Notes: generated by a model from the sequence alone, not told the origin. DNA of 64,000 nt from an uncultured Christensenella sp. (GCA_964564685.1 CAZMBC010000005.1:7407-71406); one strand, 5' to 3'; positions 10,048 to 19,991 are shown, counted from the first letter of the stretch. Translations and numbers: made by a program.

Positions 10048-10305
10048 TTAACTCTTGATTATTTCTAATACAAATTTATCTTCAAAAAATTTTTCTACAA
10101 AGTCGTCTTTAGTAAAAAAGGTGGAATTAAATAGTAAAAAATTCTTAATGTGCTTAGTTAAAATAATTGGCACGGGTAAATCAAGTTGGGCACATATATC
10201 GTTTACATAATCAAAAAAATTATGTATAACAAAATCACCCTTTACCTCATACACATAATCTTTAACTACCTTATTGTTTGTAATGATTTTTGCTAAAATT
10301 TTCAC
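10048..10305 (-). CDS. Small hypothetical protein (~85 aa, GTG start proposed)
   Basis: The listed 137-aa ORF begins inside the AT-rich greA promoter region. GAGGAA lies 6 nt upstream of an in-frame GTG at 10305, giving (M)KILAKIITNNKVVKDYVYEVKGDF... No family recognised. Confidence 0.45.
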   Translation of the reverse strand: MKILAKIITNNKVVKDYVYEVKGDFVIHNFFDYVNDICAQLDLPVPIILTKHIKNFLLFNSTFFTKDDFVEKFFEDKFVLEIIKS

Positions 10306-10419
10306 ATCAAATTCCTCTGAAAATAAGAATACAATATTTTTATAATTAATACAAGCAAAAAAATAAAAGAGGCGAATAAAATTGTTAAAAAAAATATAAT
10401 ATATATAACAAAAATATAA

Positions 10420-10448
10420 TTGACAAACTTTAGTAATTAATATATAAT
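10420..10448 (+). promoter_or_regulatory. Consensus sigma-70 promoter of greA
   Basis: Perfect TTGACA, 17 nt, TATAAT about 50 nt upstream of the greA start. Confidence 0.65.
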
Positions 10449-10496
10449 ACGCTGAAATCAAAAAATCAGACTTTGCAAATACTAGGAGAATAAAAT

Positions 10497-10976
10497 ATGG
10501 ATAATGTTACATATTTAACAAAAGAAGGATATCAGGAATTAAAGGATAAATTGGCATACCTAAAAAAGGAAGGCCGTTTAGATATAGCAAACAAAATAAA
10601 GATTGCACGCAGTTTTGGCGATATTAGCGAAAATAGCGAGTATGACGCTGCTCGTGAAGAGGAAATGGCACTAGAACAAGAGATTATTGAAATTGAAAAT
10701 ACCTTAAGAAACGCTAAAATTATTACTAAACTAAAAGTTGATAATGATGTAGTAGGTATAGGATGCACAACTGTTGTTAGAGATTTGGACTTTAACCAAG
10801 ACTTTACATTTATAATAACAGGCAGTTACGATAATGACCCTACAAAAGGCATGATTAGTAACGAAAGTCCAATTGGCAAAGCACTAATAGGCAAAAAGAA
10901 AGGCGACCTTGTTGATGTAGATATTCCTGCAACTGGCGCAAAAATGAGGCTAAAAGTTTTAAGTATAAAATATTAA
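10497..10976 (+). CDS. greA: Transcription elongation factor GreA
   Basis: 159 aa with an N-terminal coiled coil and acidic tip (GDISENSEYDAAREE) and a C-terminal FKBP-like domain (SNESPIGKALIGKKKGD). Confidence 0.95.
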   Translation: MDNVTYLTKEGYQELKDKLAYLKKEGRLDIANKIKIARSFGDISENSEYDAAREEEMALEQEIIEIENTLRNAKIITKLKVDNDVVGIGCTTVVRDLDFNQDFTFIITGSYDNDPTKGMISNESPIGKALIGKKKGDLVDVDIPATGAKMRLKVLSIKY

Positions 10977-10986
10977 AAAATATAAA

Positions 10987-11013
10987 AACGACCTTTTGTA
11001 GGTTGTTTTTTTT
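10987..11013 (+). terminator. greA terminator
   Basis: aacgacc-ttttgta-ggttgtt hairpin followed by T6. Confidence 0.7.
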
Positions 11014-11039
11014 GTATGGTCTTGCCAACATATCACTAC

Positions 11040-11068
11040 TTGACACAACCAGTGTTTAATGGTATAAT
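11040..11068 (+). promoter_or_regulatory. Consensus promoter for the 11093 orphan gene
   Basis: Perfect TTGACA, 17 nt, TATAAT with TGg immediately upstream of the -10 (extended -10). SD GAGAGGA before the ATG. Confidence 0.6.
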
Positions 11069-11092
11069 ATAGGTACATTTTGAGAGGATAAT

Positions 11093-12043
11093 ATGATAAA
11101 TAATTTAGACTTTAAAAATAAATCAATTAATAATCTTATAAACAGCAAATTAGGTATAAAAACGCATAACGAGCCAACTAACAAGTTTGAAAAAATAAAA
11201 AACACCCTATCAGATGTTTCTGTTGAAATATTGGATAAGGTTGATTCAGTGGTGAACAAAAAGAATCACCTTTATAAGCATGCAATCCAAAATGCAGTGA
11301 TAAATAAATACTCCAAGGCGTTTAATATTAGTAAAAATACACTTATTTATATGTTTGCTAAGGAAATAGCAAAATTAAGCCCATATAACGCCGACCAACC
11401 TGACAATCTTTTTAAAGTAGGACACATAACTTTGCCAGTTGTAAACGAACAAACAAAACAATGGGATGCTAAAAAATATGACTGTGTGTATTTTGGCGGA
11501 ATTTTTCATGTAGAAAAATTGCAAGATGAGTCTGAGCAAGATATATACAACAATGTAACAAAATATATAAACTCAAACAATGTTTTTATTTTTGGCGAAA
11601 CACAAAAAAATGGCGCTGACGAGTTAATTAATGTAAACGAAGATAATTCGTATTATAACCAACAAATAGTTAACCAAAAATACACTTATCCAACCGTTCA
11701 TTTAAGTGATAACGCGTTAAGTCACCCTATTCTTAACAAGTGTATTTTAAATCTCGTGGCTCGCAAGCTTATAAGTATTAGCGAAGAATTGTTTAATAGT
11801 GATTATATTACAGAAAAAAACGTAATTTCTCTAGAAGATGTTAAACAAGCATTGGGTGACGATTTTATGGAAATTCCATCAGAAGAACAAATTACTAGTG
11901 GCAAAATCACTTACAATAAAAGAAGGGGAGATATTTCTTTTAAACTGCCAAGAGTAACAGATGAAAAACACGACATAATGAAAACTTCACCTAAAATTAA
12001 GTCAACTATTTTTAATAATTTTGGAAGAGGACCTATTCAATAG
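11093..12043 (+). CDS. Hypothetical protein (316 aa, no recognised domain)
   Basis: Long ORF behind a consensus promoter and SD. Soluble, N/K-rich, no motif I can assign. Its 3' end overlaps convergent cysE by 7 nt. Confidence 0.6.
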   Translation: MINNLDFKNKSINNLINSKLGIKTHNEPTNKFEKIKNTLSDVSVEILDKVDSVVNKKNHLYKHAIQNAVINKYSKAFNISKNTLIYMFAKEIAKLSPYNADQPDNLFKVGHITLPVVNEQTKQWDAKKYDCVYFGGIFHVEKLQDESEQDIYNNVTKYINSNNVFIFGETQKNGADELINVNEDNSYYNQQIVNQKYTYPTVHLSDNALSHPILNKCILNLVARKLISISEELFNSDYITEKNVISLEDVKQALGDDFMEIPSEEQITSGKITYNKRRGDISFKLPRVTDEKHDIMKTSPKIKSTIFNNFGRGPIQ

Positions 12044-12621
12044 GCTCTCTTTTTTCCTTTAAAAACACGCCTAGATGAGGCTTTGTATTTAGCAAATACT
12101 TTTAAGGACACTAATTTTTTTGAGGCGCGCAAAATGCATTTTGCAGGAATACCCACTAGCGTGCAATTTGGCAAACAACTTTTCAAAACAACGCTATTTG
12201 CACCAATTTTGCAGTTGTTTCTAATTTTTATATTCCCTAAAATCTTTGCTCCTGCACCCACAATAACATTGTTACCTACAGTTGGGTGGCGCTTGCCAGA
12301 TTGCTTGCCTGTTCCGCCCAAAGTAACTCCCTGATAAATAATACAGTCGTTGCCCACAACCGCTGTTTCTCCAATCACAACGCCACTACCGTGGTCAATA
12401 AATAAGCGCTTGCCTATTTTGCATGCTGGGTGAATTTCAATTCCAGTAAAAAACCTTGAAATATTGCTTATTATTTTTGCAATAAACTTAAAATGTATTT
12501 TATAAAAAAAGTGTGCAATCCTATAATTAATTACTGCGTGTACGCCCGGATAAAACAACAAAATGCTCAGTTTTGAGCCACTTGCGGGGTCAATTTGCTT
12601 AATGCGTTTCAATAGTCCCAT
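12037..12621 (-). CDS. cysE: Serine O-acetyltransferase (short form)
   Basis: Left-handed beta-helix hexapeptide repeats: [28 protein letters not shown]...[23 protein letters not shown]. Confidence 0.85.
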   Translation of the reverse strand: MGLLKRIKQIDPASGSKLSILLFYPGVHAVINYRIAHFFYKIHFKFIAKIISNISRFFTGIEIHPACKIGKRLFIDHGSGVVIGETAVVGNDCIIYQGVTLGGTGKQSGKRHPTVGNNVIVGAGAKILGNIKIRNNCKIGANSVVLKSCLPNCTLVGIPAKCILRASKKLVSLKVFAKYKASSRRVFKGKKRAY

Positions 12622-12723
12622 ACTTCATATTATGTTGCTTAGTGCTATTTTGACATAATATTTACTTGCAGTATTTACAAACCAAACAAATGCTGTTATA
12701 ATTATTTTATAGGATTTGTGCGT

Positions 12724-12918
12724 ATGAATTTTTTAGATATTGGTGGAATTGTTATAAATATAGACCACATAACAAGCTTTAAAATTACAAAAAAAGGTAA
12801 GGTGTTTTATCTTAAACTTTATATGCTAGATGGCAGGGGTTATAATATTTCGTACGAAAATGTAGAACACCTACTTTATGATGTTAAGCAAATAGGAATG
12901 CGAACGAAGGGCAACTAA
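12724..12918 (+). CDS. Small hypothetical protein (64 aa)
   Basis: ORF followed by a terminator that overlaps its stop. The ATG at 12724 is preferred over the listed GTG at 12718 because of its spacing to GGA. No family recognised. Confidence 0.4.
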   Translation: MNFLDIGGIVINIDHITSFKITKKGKVFYLKLYMLDGRGYNISYENVEHLLYDVKQIGMRTKGN

Positions 12919-12932
12919 ACCCTTCTTTTTTT
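12906..12932 (+). terminator. Terminator
   Basis: gaaggg-caactaaa-cccttc hairpin followed by T7. Confidence 0.6.
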
Positions 12933-12990
12933 AACACAAAACGGCCGTGTATCATATATACTTACTAGTTTCAAAAAAAAGGGAGATAAT

Positions 12991-14271
12991 ATGATAATAC
13001 ACACCGTAAGAAGTGGTGACACACTTTATAAAATAGGGAATATGTATGGAGTTAGTATAGAAAAACTGGTGGCGGATAATCAAATAACTAATCGTGATGC
13101 CTTAACAATAGGTCAGGATATAGTGGTGGATGTGCGTTCGTTTCCGCACACAGTTAGTGCTCGTGAAACCATGTATACAATTGCACGCCGATATGGTGTA
13201 TCACTTGCCGAATTAATTGCGGCAAACCCTCAAATTTCAGACCCCAATAGAATTGATATTGGGCAGATAATAAACATTCCCACACCATATAAAGAATACG
13301 GCGATATAGAGGTAAACGGATATGCTGTTGCAAACATTAGCCAAAGTGTTTTAAATCAAACCCTGCCATATCTTACATATCTTGCAATATTCAGTTATCA
13401 AGCAAAGGAAGACGGCTCGCTTTACATATTATATGAAAACAACCTTATAACATCCGCACGTCAAATGAATGTTGCGCCACTAATGGTTATTACAAACATT
13501 GGCGAAAGTGGTGGGTTTGACTCTGACCTGGCGCATACAATACTAACCAACGAGGCAGTGCAAACCACATTTATAAACAATGTTGTTAGCATTTTACAAG
13601 AAAAAAATTATTACGGCTTGGATGTGGATTTTGAATACATCTATCCTTATGACCGCGAAAGTTACACGCAATTTTTGCGTAGACTTAAAAACACAATAAC
13701 ACCATTGGGTTTTCGTTTAAGTGTTGCTGTTGCACCAAAGTATAGAGATAATCAAGCGGGAATACTTTACGAAGCACATGATTATAGGGCAATTGGCGAA
13801 ATTGCAGATAGAGTTATAATCATGACCTACGAATGGGGATATTTATATGGGCCACCACTAGCCATTTCGCCCTACGACCAGGTAAGGCAGGTTTTAAAAT
13901 ATGCAACAAGCGTAATTCCTTCCAACAAAATTCTTATGGGCATGCCAAACTACGCATATGATTGGACGCTTCCGTATACAGTAGGCTCGGCAGCAATGAC
14001 GCTAACAAATAACCGCGCCACCGAGCTTGCAATAGAAAAGGGCGCAACAATTCGCTACGACAACACCTCCCAAGCACCTTACTTTAACTATACTGACGAA
14101 AACGGCAGAAGTCACGTTGTGTGGTTTGATAACGCGCGTAGCACACAGGCGCGCTTGGAACTTGTTCCCGAATTTAACCTTGCTGGCGTTAGCTATTGGA
14201 CTATTAACAATTTCTTTAAACAAAATTGGCTAGTTTTGGATAGTATGTTTAATATTGTAAAAGTTTTATAA
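12991..14271 (+). CDS. LysM-LysM-GH18 peptidoglycan/chitin hydrolase (YaaH/YdhD-like)
   Basis: Two LysM repeats (HTVRSGDTLYKIGNMYGVSIEKLVADNQI; HTVSARETMYTIARRYGVSLAELIAANPQI), then a GH18 domain with the catalytic YGLDVDFEY (DxDxE) motif. Confidence 0.85.
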   Translation: MIIHTVRSGDTLYKIGNMYGVSIEKLVADNQITNRDALTIGQDIVVDVRSFPHTVSARETMYTIARRYGVSLAELIAANPQISDPNRIDIGQIINIPTPYKEYGDIEVNGYAVANISQSVLNQTLPYLTYLAIFSYQAKEDGSLYILYENNLITSARQMNVAPLMVITNIGESGGFDSDLAHTILTNEAVQTTFINNVVSILQEKNYYGLDVDFEYIYPYDRESYTQFLRRLKNTITPLGFRLSVAVAPKYRDNQAGILYEAHDYRAIGEIADRVIIMTYEWGYLYGPPLAISPYDQVRQVLKYATSVIPSNKILMGMPNYAYDWTLPYTVGSAAMTLTNNRATELAIEKGATIRYDNTSQAPYFNYTDENGRSHVVWFDNARSTQARLELVPEFNLAGVSYWTINNFFKQNWLVLDSMFNIVKVL

Positions 14272-14278
14272 AACATTA

Positions 14279-14312
14279 TGCCTTGTTATAAAAAATAACA
14301 TGGCATTTTTTA
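14279..14312 (+). terminator. Terminator
   Basis: atgccttgttat / ataacatggcat stem (one mismatch) followed by a T-run. Confidence 0.65.
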
Positions 14313-14452
14313 TTTTTAACTAAAAAAATGCGCTGTAAATTAAAATATAATTTTACATACAGCATTGTTAATGATATAATTAATGTTAATAATTGGCTTA
14401 AAATATTGCATTTTAACTAATAATATGCTATTTAAACATTAAGGAGAAAGTT

Positions 14453-15157
14453 ATGAGTACACCAACCCCACATATAAGTTGTAAATTGGGCGATTTTGCA
14501 AAAACAGTTATTATGCCGGGTGATCCTTTAAGAAGTAAGATGATTGCGGAAAAGTTTTTGCAGGATGCAGTGCTAGTTAATAATGTAAGAGGTGTTCAAG
14601 GATATACTGGCTATTACAAAGGCAAAAAAGTTTCTGTTATGGCAAGCGGAATGGGTAACCCTTCCATGGGAATTTACTCGTATGAACTTTTTAGTAAATA
14701 TGGTGTAGAGAACATTATCCGCGTTGGCTCAATAGGCGCTATGCAGAAGCACATAAAGCTAAAAGAAATTATTGTTGCCCAGCGCACGTTTAGTAACACA
14801 AACTATGCAAATTTTTATAAAAACAATGGTGAGGGCTTTATAAATGCCAGCGAAACGCTTGTTGAAAAATGCAAAAAATGCGCAAATGCGCTAAAACTCA
14901 ATGTTTATGCGGGCGCAGTTTTGTGTTCGGACACCTTTTATTCAGATGAAAACGAGGTTGAAAAAGCACAACAAAACAACTTGTTGGGTGTAGAAATGGA
15001 AAGCGCTGCGCTATATATAAATGCACAAAAACTTAACAAAAATGCACTTGCGATTTGCACAGTTTCAGATAACTTAATAACGCACGAAGTTACAAGCAGT
15101 GAAGAGCGTCAAAATGCTTTTACGCAAATGATAGAACTTGCGCTAGAAATGGCATAA
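14453..15157 (+). CDS. deoD: Purine nucleoside phosphorylase DeoD type
   Basis: 234 aa with PGDPLRSKMIAEKFL, SGMGNPSMGIYSYEL and GVEMESAALY. Confidence 0.9.
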   Translation: MSTPTPHISCKLGDFAKTVIMPGDPLRSKMIAEKFLQDAVLVNNVRGVQGYTGYYKGKKVSVMASGMGNPSMGIYSYELFSKYGVENIIRVGSIGAMQKHIKLKEIIVAQRTFSNTNYANFYKNNGEGFINASETLVEKCKKCANALKLNVYAGAVLCSDTFYSDENEVEKAQQNNLLGVEMESAALYINAQKLNKNALAICTVSDNLITHEVTSSEERQNAFTQMIELALEMA

Positions 15158-15177
15158 AATTATCATCGGGAGAAATT

Positions 15178-16860
15178 ATGGAAGAATTTTTAAAAGATAT
15201 TAAAGGTGAAAACTTTATTGAGGATATTATAATAAACGACCTTAAGGAAGGCAAAGCAAATCAGGTTATTACGCGTTGCCCGCCTGAGCCAAGTGGATAT
15301 TGGCACATAGGACATTGTAAAGCGTGGATAATCAACTTTGAAACAGCCAAAAAGTTTGGCGGTTATACTTATTTGCGCATGGACGACACAAATCCATCAA
15401 AAGAGGATGGCGACTTTGCTGACAGTTATATGCACGATCTAGAGTGGTTAGGATACACTCCTAAAAAAATGATTTATGCAAGCGAGGCATATTTTGAAAA
15501 AATTTATGAAATTGCCGAACAAATGATTTTAAATGGAGATGCATATGTTTGCGAACTAACTGCGGAAGAGATGTCAAAAACTCGCGGTACATTAACCGAG
15601 CCGGGCATTGAAAGTCCTTATCGTAATCGTCCAATAGCCGAAAACTTGCGTTTGTTTAGAGAAATGCGTGCGGGTAAGTATCCTGACGGAAGCATGACTT
15701 TGCGTGCTAAAATTGATATGTCTCATCCTAACATGAATATGCGTGACCCCGCAATGTATCGTATTCTTCGCGTTAATCACTACAAAACGGGAGATAAGTG
15801 GTGTATATATCCAATGTACGATTTTGCACATCCTATGGAAGACGCGCTTGAAGGCGTAACCTTTAGTTTGTGTGATATTTCCTTTGAAGACCACCGACCT
15901 CTTTACAATTGGTTTATTGAAAAGGGCTGGAAAAAGCCGTTTGCACCACGTCAAATAGAGTTTGCAAAACTTAATCTGGAAAATGTACTTTTAGGAAAAA
16001 GGTTTCTTAAAAAACTTGTTAATGACGGCGTTGTTATGGGTTGGGATGACCCAAGATATCTTACAATTGTTGGCATGCGCCGTAGAGGTTATACTGCCAA
16101 ATCTATTAAGGATTTTATAATGTCGGCAGGCGTAACCAAATCAGATAGCACCATTCCTTTTAATGCGTTAGAGTATTTTATAAGAAACGACCTTAACAAG
16201 GTTGCAACACGTGCTATGGTTGTGCTTAACCCACTTAAAGTGGTTATTACAAACTACGATAAAGATGGTGAGGTTATATACACACAAAATAATCCTAACG
16301 AGGAAAATGCTGGCGCTCATGAAAGTTATTTTTCTAAAGAAATTTATATTGAGCGCGATGACTTTAGTGAAAATCCACCGCCAAAATATTTCCGTTTAAA
16401 GCCAGATGGCTATGTACGCTTAAAAGACGCTTATATTATCAAGTGCAATAAAGTTGTAAAAGACGAAAACGGGAACATTGACCACTTGGAATGCGAATAT
16501 TTGCCAGATAGCAAAAGTGGAAACGATAATTCGGGAGTTAAGGTTAAGGGCACAATACACTTTGTATCTACTAAAAACTGCTTTGATATTACAATTCGTA
16601 ACTTTAAAAACCTTGTTAAGGACGAGTATGTAGACCCAACTCGCGAACTATCAAAAGGAACACCTGTTGAAGAAATTTTACAGCCAAATTCGCTTACTGA
16701 ATGTGTTGCAAAAGCCGAAAACTTTTTAAAGAGCGCACATGTGGAAGATAAATTCCAGTTTGTTCGTAATGGCTATTATTGTATGGATAAAGATAGTACT
16801 CCAAATAATATGATTTTTAATAACACTATTTCTTTAAAGGATACTTTTAATAAAAAATAA
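15178..16860 (+). CDS. glnS: Glutaminyl-tRNA synthetase
   Basis: Class I HIGH region (PEPSGYWHIGH), GWDDPRYLTIVGMRRRGYT, and a C-terminal beta-barrel anticodon-binding domain ending FQFVRNGYYCMD. Starts 20 nt after deoD, so likely an operon. Confidence 0.95.
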   Translation: MEEFLKDIKGENFIEDIIINDLKEGKANQVITRCPPEPSGYWHIGHCKAWIINFETAKKFGGYTYLRMDDTNPSKEDGDFADSYMHDLEWLGYTPKKMIYASEAYFEKIYEIAEQMILNGDAYVCELTAEEMSKTRGTLTEPGIESPYRNRPIAENLRLFREMRAGKYPDGSMTLRAKIDMSHPNMNMRDPAMYRILRVNHYKTGDKWCIYPMYDFAHPMEDALEGVTFSLCDISFEDHRPLYNWFIEKGWKKPFAPRQIEFAKLNLENVLLGKRFLKKLVNDGVVMGWDDPRYLTIVGMRRRGYTAKSIKDFIMSAGVTKSDSTIPFNALEYFIRNDLNKVATRAMVVLNPLKVVITNYDKDGEVIYTQNNPNEENAGAHESYFSKEIYIERDDFSENPPPKYFRLKPDGYVRLKDAYIIKCNKVVKDENGNIDHLECEYLPDSKSGNDNSGVKVKGTIHFVSTKNCFDITIRNFKNLVKDEYVDPTRELSKGTPVEEILQPNSLTECVAKAENFLKSAHVEDKFQFVRNGYYCMDKDSTPNNMIFNNTISLKDTFNKK

Positions 16861-16879
16861 AAACATTTTCATTACTGCA

Positions 16880-16918
16880 AAAAAAGAACATTACCACTTA
16901 TGTGATAATGTTCTTTTT
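16880..16918. terminator. Bidirectional terminator (glnS and paralog B)
   Basis: aaagaacatta / taatgttcttt stem flanked by an A-run and a T-run. Confidence 0.7.
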
Positions 16919-16999
16919 AATTCAGTTTACAAAATTTAATTAATTTAACACTATTGCTTTAATTTTAGTTATTCTTCATTGTAAGTTATATTTACTTTA

Positions 17000-18397
17000 T
17001 TATCTTCCATCGCGACCTTTAGTGCTCATAATTTTCACAAAATTTTCAACACGTGGATTTTTTTGTTCATCTTGCTTAATAGGTTTTTCTTTTTGAATTT
17101 TCTTTTGGAATTTTGCATTATTTTTGCACTCTTCTAGGCTATCAAGACGTTGTTTAAGTAATTTGTTTGTTTCAATGATAATTATTCCTTTAATGTTCTC
17201 GTTTTCCAATTCTGATTGGGTTAAGTTTGAATCTTTAATAGCTTTTTGAGTTTCTTCTTGTACAAGTGCTCTAGTGGCTACAACAAGCTTTTTGTAAAAA
17301 CTTGGGTTTTTAAGTATATTATCAGACAAATCATTTAATGCAATTTCACCATTTTTATAAGCAGAATATTCCATATATAAATTTTTGGAATTCACAAAAG
17401 CTTCTTTATATACGCTAAATTCATCAGGCAATATTGCTTCGTCAACAATTTCCATATTCATAAGTTTTACAAAATTATTAAACAATTTTACACTTTTAAG
17501 CAAAGTATTTAATTCTAACTTTTTAGATGGATATCTGTTCATAGTTTCAGAAAGTTGATACTTTTTAAATGCAAAATAAGTTTCTGTATTGTTTGGATAA
17601 TTCTTTTTTGATAGAGAAGGGGTGTAGTAAAATGGCTTATAAAGTTGTTCAGCTTGTTTCATTCCATACCTATTAACAAATGCACTTATAAATTTTGCAT
17701 TTTCTTTAATACTGTATGGTGCAAGCTTAAAAATTGTTTTTGCTGTAGGTGGTTTAAGACCATATTGCTCAAGATTAAAATTGCTTTCATTAATAATGTC
17801 AATAAACCATTCCACTAATTTATTGTTTTCTTTTGAAGCATTTAAAACAATAAAATTAGATAAAACTTTATCTGAAAGGGGAACAAGTTTTGCTAACGTA
17901 TTTTGCACATATGTATTGGATGCAAACTGTGGATATGATGTAAACATCTTCCAAAAATTTTCTATACTAATATTTCCACGATCAAAAAATTTAACTACAG
18001 TCTGTTTATCTTTTCCTGATGTTTGTAAGGATATTCCAGATTGAAGTTTTTCTACAATTAGTTTTTGTATAGTTTTTAAATTGTTATTTGATATTTCTAA
18101 TGTATTTTTTGTCAATAAATTTGAGTTTAGAGCACTAATAGCACGTGCGGTATCTGCAATTAAATCACCAATTTCTTTCCAAGTGCTAAACTCGTTTAGT
18201 TTATATGCTCTTTCAAAAAGTCTTTCAAGGTGTTTTTGATATTGATCCGAAATCTTTTCAATTACTGCTTCTTCATAAACAATTAAATTTCCATTTAAAA
18301 TCAAATCAAGAATATTTAAATAACGACCTTCTTTATATGAAAAGTATTTTCCTTTATTAATAATTTTGTTGTAAATCTTTTGGCTGTAATAATCCAT
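17000..18397 (-). CDS. Orphan protein, paralog B (465 aa from MDYYSQ...)
   Basis: GGGAGA SD lies 6 nt upstream of the ATG at 18397; the listed longer ORF reads through the promoter. Colinear motif blocks are shared with the upstream gene (NILD, IExFW, WFI, FIS..V..G, FAFxKY, LPDE..Y, YSA.NG.I, LKNPS). No TM or signal peptide. Confidence 0.7.
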   Translation of the reverse strand: MDYYSQKIYNKIINKGKYFSYKEGRYLNILDLILNGNLIVYEEAVIEKISDQYQKHLERLFERAYKLNEFSTWKEIGDLIADTARAISALNSNLLTKNTLEISNNNLKTIQKLIVEKLQSGISLQTSGKDKQTVVKFFDRGNISIENFWKMFTSYPQFASNTYVQNTLAKLVPLSDKVLSNFIVLNASKENNKLVEWFIDIINESNFNLEQYGLKPPTAKTIFKLAPYSIKENAKFISAFVNRYGMKQAEQLYKPFYYTPSLSKKNYPNNTETYFAFKKYQLSETMNRYPSKKLELNTLLKSVKLFNNFVKLMNMEIVDEAILPDEFSVYKEAFVNSKNLYMEYSAYKNGEIALNDLSDNILKNPSFYKKLVVATRALVQEETQKAIKDSNLTQSELENENIKGIIIIETNKLLKQRLDSLEECKNNAKFQKKIQKEKPIKQDEQKNPRVENFVKIMSTKGRDGR

Positions 18398-18434
18398 GAT
18401 GTGTCTCCCTCGTATTTTTTCTAATGGTATGTAT

Positions 18435-18463
18435 ATTATATGGTCAAAGATACGGTTTGTCAA
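18435..18463 (-). promoter_or_regulatory. Consensus promoter of paralog B
   Basis: On the minus strand: TTGACA, 17 nt (aaccgtatctttgacca), TATAAT. Confidence 0.6.
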
Positions 18464-18482
18464 TATCAAAAACTTCGAAAAA

Positions 18483-18514
18483 GAAAAAAAACCCAACTTT
18501 TATTTAGTTAGGTT
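18483..18514 (-). terminator. Terminator of paralog A
   Basis: On the minus strand: AACCTAAC-TAAATAAAA-GTTGGGTT hairpin (the stop codon is in the loop) followed by T8. Confidence 0.6.
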
Positions 18515-19933
18515 TTGTTTGTTGTTTGCTTTAGTTTTAGTTCCTGTATTAATAAGCTTGTGTACATGATTTATTAACTGCTTTTTTATATTGCTTTCTG
18601 CATTGGATTTAGTATTAATTGGTTTGCCCGAAGTTTCATTATGTGCTATGGTAAGTTCGTCTATTGCTATTATATTTAAAAATTTAATTAATGTACCTAA
18701 GTCTGTTTCGTATTGATTTACACCATATTTTTCACAAAGCTTTGATGTCGTTTGTTGCATTCCGTTTTGAATTGCTAACTTAAAGCAATTGAAGTTGCTT
18801 GGATTTTTAAGAGTTTCCTTGTTTATTTGGTTAATTGATATGTCGCCATTAATAAGAGCGCTGTATTGTTTAAAGTCCTTAGTAGCTTTATCGAACTGTT
18901 TAAAATATGGTTTGTATTCGTCCGGCAAAAGCTCTTTATTTTTTATGCCCAATTGCATTAAGTTTTTAATGGAATAAATAGGACTTTCAGATAAATGCTC
19001 TAAATTATACATAACCCTTGTTCTATATTGTGCATTGTTCATAAGCTGTTGAATTTTGTATTTTTCAAATGCAAAATGATCAGATCGTGAATTGCCATAA
19101 TTTGAAAACATATCTTCAATGTTTTTGTAGCCAAATTTGTCCACACAGGTTGAAATAAAATTAACATTGTTTTTAACATGATTTGGTGCATGCAAAATAA
19201 TTTTTTCTTTTACGGATGATAAATCTTTTATGTTCTTGGCTCCGTAAGCGTTATTCACCACATTAATAAACCATTTTAGGTCTTCCGATTCATTGCCTGT
19301 TCCTAATTGTTGCCAAGGATTAAGACCTTTTAACATTTCCTGACATGGTGGAATCAAGTTACTAATTTGCTCGCGAATTTCGGGGTATGATAGAAAAAAT
19401 GCGGGATTATCATTTAAAACAATATTCCAAAACGTTTCTATATCACAACTACTATTCGACCCAAACCTAACACCATATCCACCATTGTTGTTAGCCTCCA
19501 ATCTGATATTAGCATTGTCAAGAATTTGATGTTGTAACGCCAACAACTTTGCATTTATGCTGTTTTCGCCTTGCCTGTTTTCGTGTTCGGTCATGTATGT
19601 ATTAAAGAAATGTTTTGTGCTTTGCAACAAACATTCTGTTTGGCTAACAACATCTCTAAATAGCTCTAAATTACACCTTCTTGATTGTAAAAGCTTGGAT
19701 TTTTGCGAAATATCGGAAATTATGGCGTTTAGGTGCTTAACCATAATGTCATAATTAACATCTGTAGTGCAGGTTCTAAAAAACTCCTTGCTTTGTTCAT
19801 TTGCTGAAAATTTTTCATCAAGCGCACTAATCGCATCCAATATGTTATAGTTTTCATTTTCGCTGACTTTGTAATATGTACCTCTTTTAATTAAGTGTAA
19901 AAGCTCTTGTTCTTGTTTTATTGCTGGCTTCAT
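18500..19933 (-). CDS. Orphan protein, paralog A (477 aa)
   Basis: AGAGGT SD upstream. Soluble, helical-looking, Lys-rich C-terminal tail. Clear but diverged paralog of 17000-18397. Confidence 0.7.
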   Translation of the reverse strand: MKPAIKQEQELLHLIKRGTYYKVSENENYNILDAISALDEKFSANEQSKEFFRTCTTDVNYDIMVKHLNAIISDISQKSKLLQSRRCNLELFRDVVSQTECLLQSTKHFFNTYMTEHENRQGENSINAKLLALQHQILDNANIRLEANNNGGYGVRFGSNSSCDIETFWNIVLNDNPAFFLSYPEIREQISNLIPPCQEMLKGLNPWQQLGTGNESEDLKWFINVVNNAYGAKNIKDLSSVKEKIILHAPNHVKNNVNFISTCVDKFGYKNIEDMFSNYGNSRSDHFAFEKYKIQQLMNNAQYRTRVMYNLEHLSESPIYSIKNLMQLGIKNKELLPDEYKPYFKQFDKATKDFKQYSALINGDISINQINKETLKNPSNFNCFKLAIQNGMQQTTSKLCEKYGVNQYETDLGTLIKFLNIIAIDELTIAHNETSGKPINTKSNAESNIKKQLINHVHKLINTGTKTKANNKQNLTK

Positions 19934-19962
19934 TATTTACCTCTTATTTTTTGATATTAAAA

Positions 19963-19991
19963 ATTATAATTAAAACTAGTATTGTTGTCAA
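19963..19991 (-). promoter_or_regulatory. Consensus promoter of paralog A
   Basis: On the minus strand: TTGACA, 17 nt (acaatactagttttaat), TATAAT. Confidence 0.6.

Noticed and set aside
10306-10461. N-terminal 52 codons of listed ORF 10048-10461
   Set aside because: This part is translated from the AT-rich divergent promoter region, which contains the greA TTGACA/TATAAT, and gives implausible F/Y/I/N sequence. An in-frame GTG with a GAGGAA SD at 10305 is a better start.
18398-18496. Upstream extension of paralog B (MGFFSFSKFLILTN...)
   Set aside because: It reads through the gene's own consensus promoter and SD. The ATG at 18397 with GGGAGA 6 nt upstream is the supported start. For the same reason the starts of alaS (35912), typA (50308), the peroxiredoxin (26472), the ATPase (52997), the ferritin-like gene (58170), 59164 and 59905 were trimmed.
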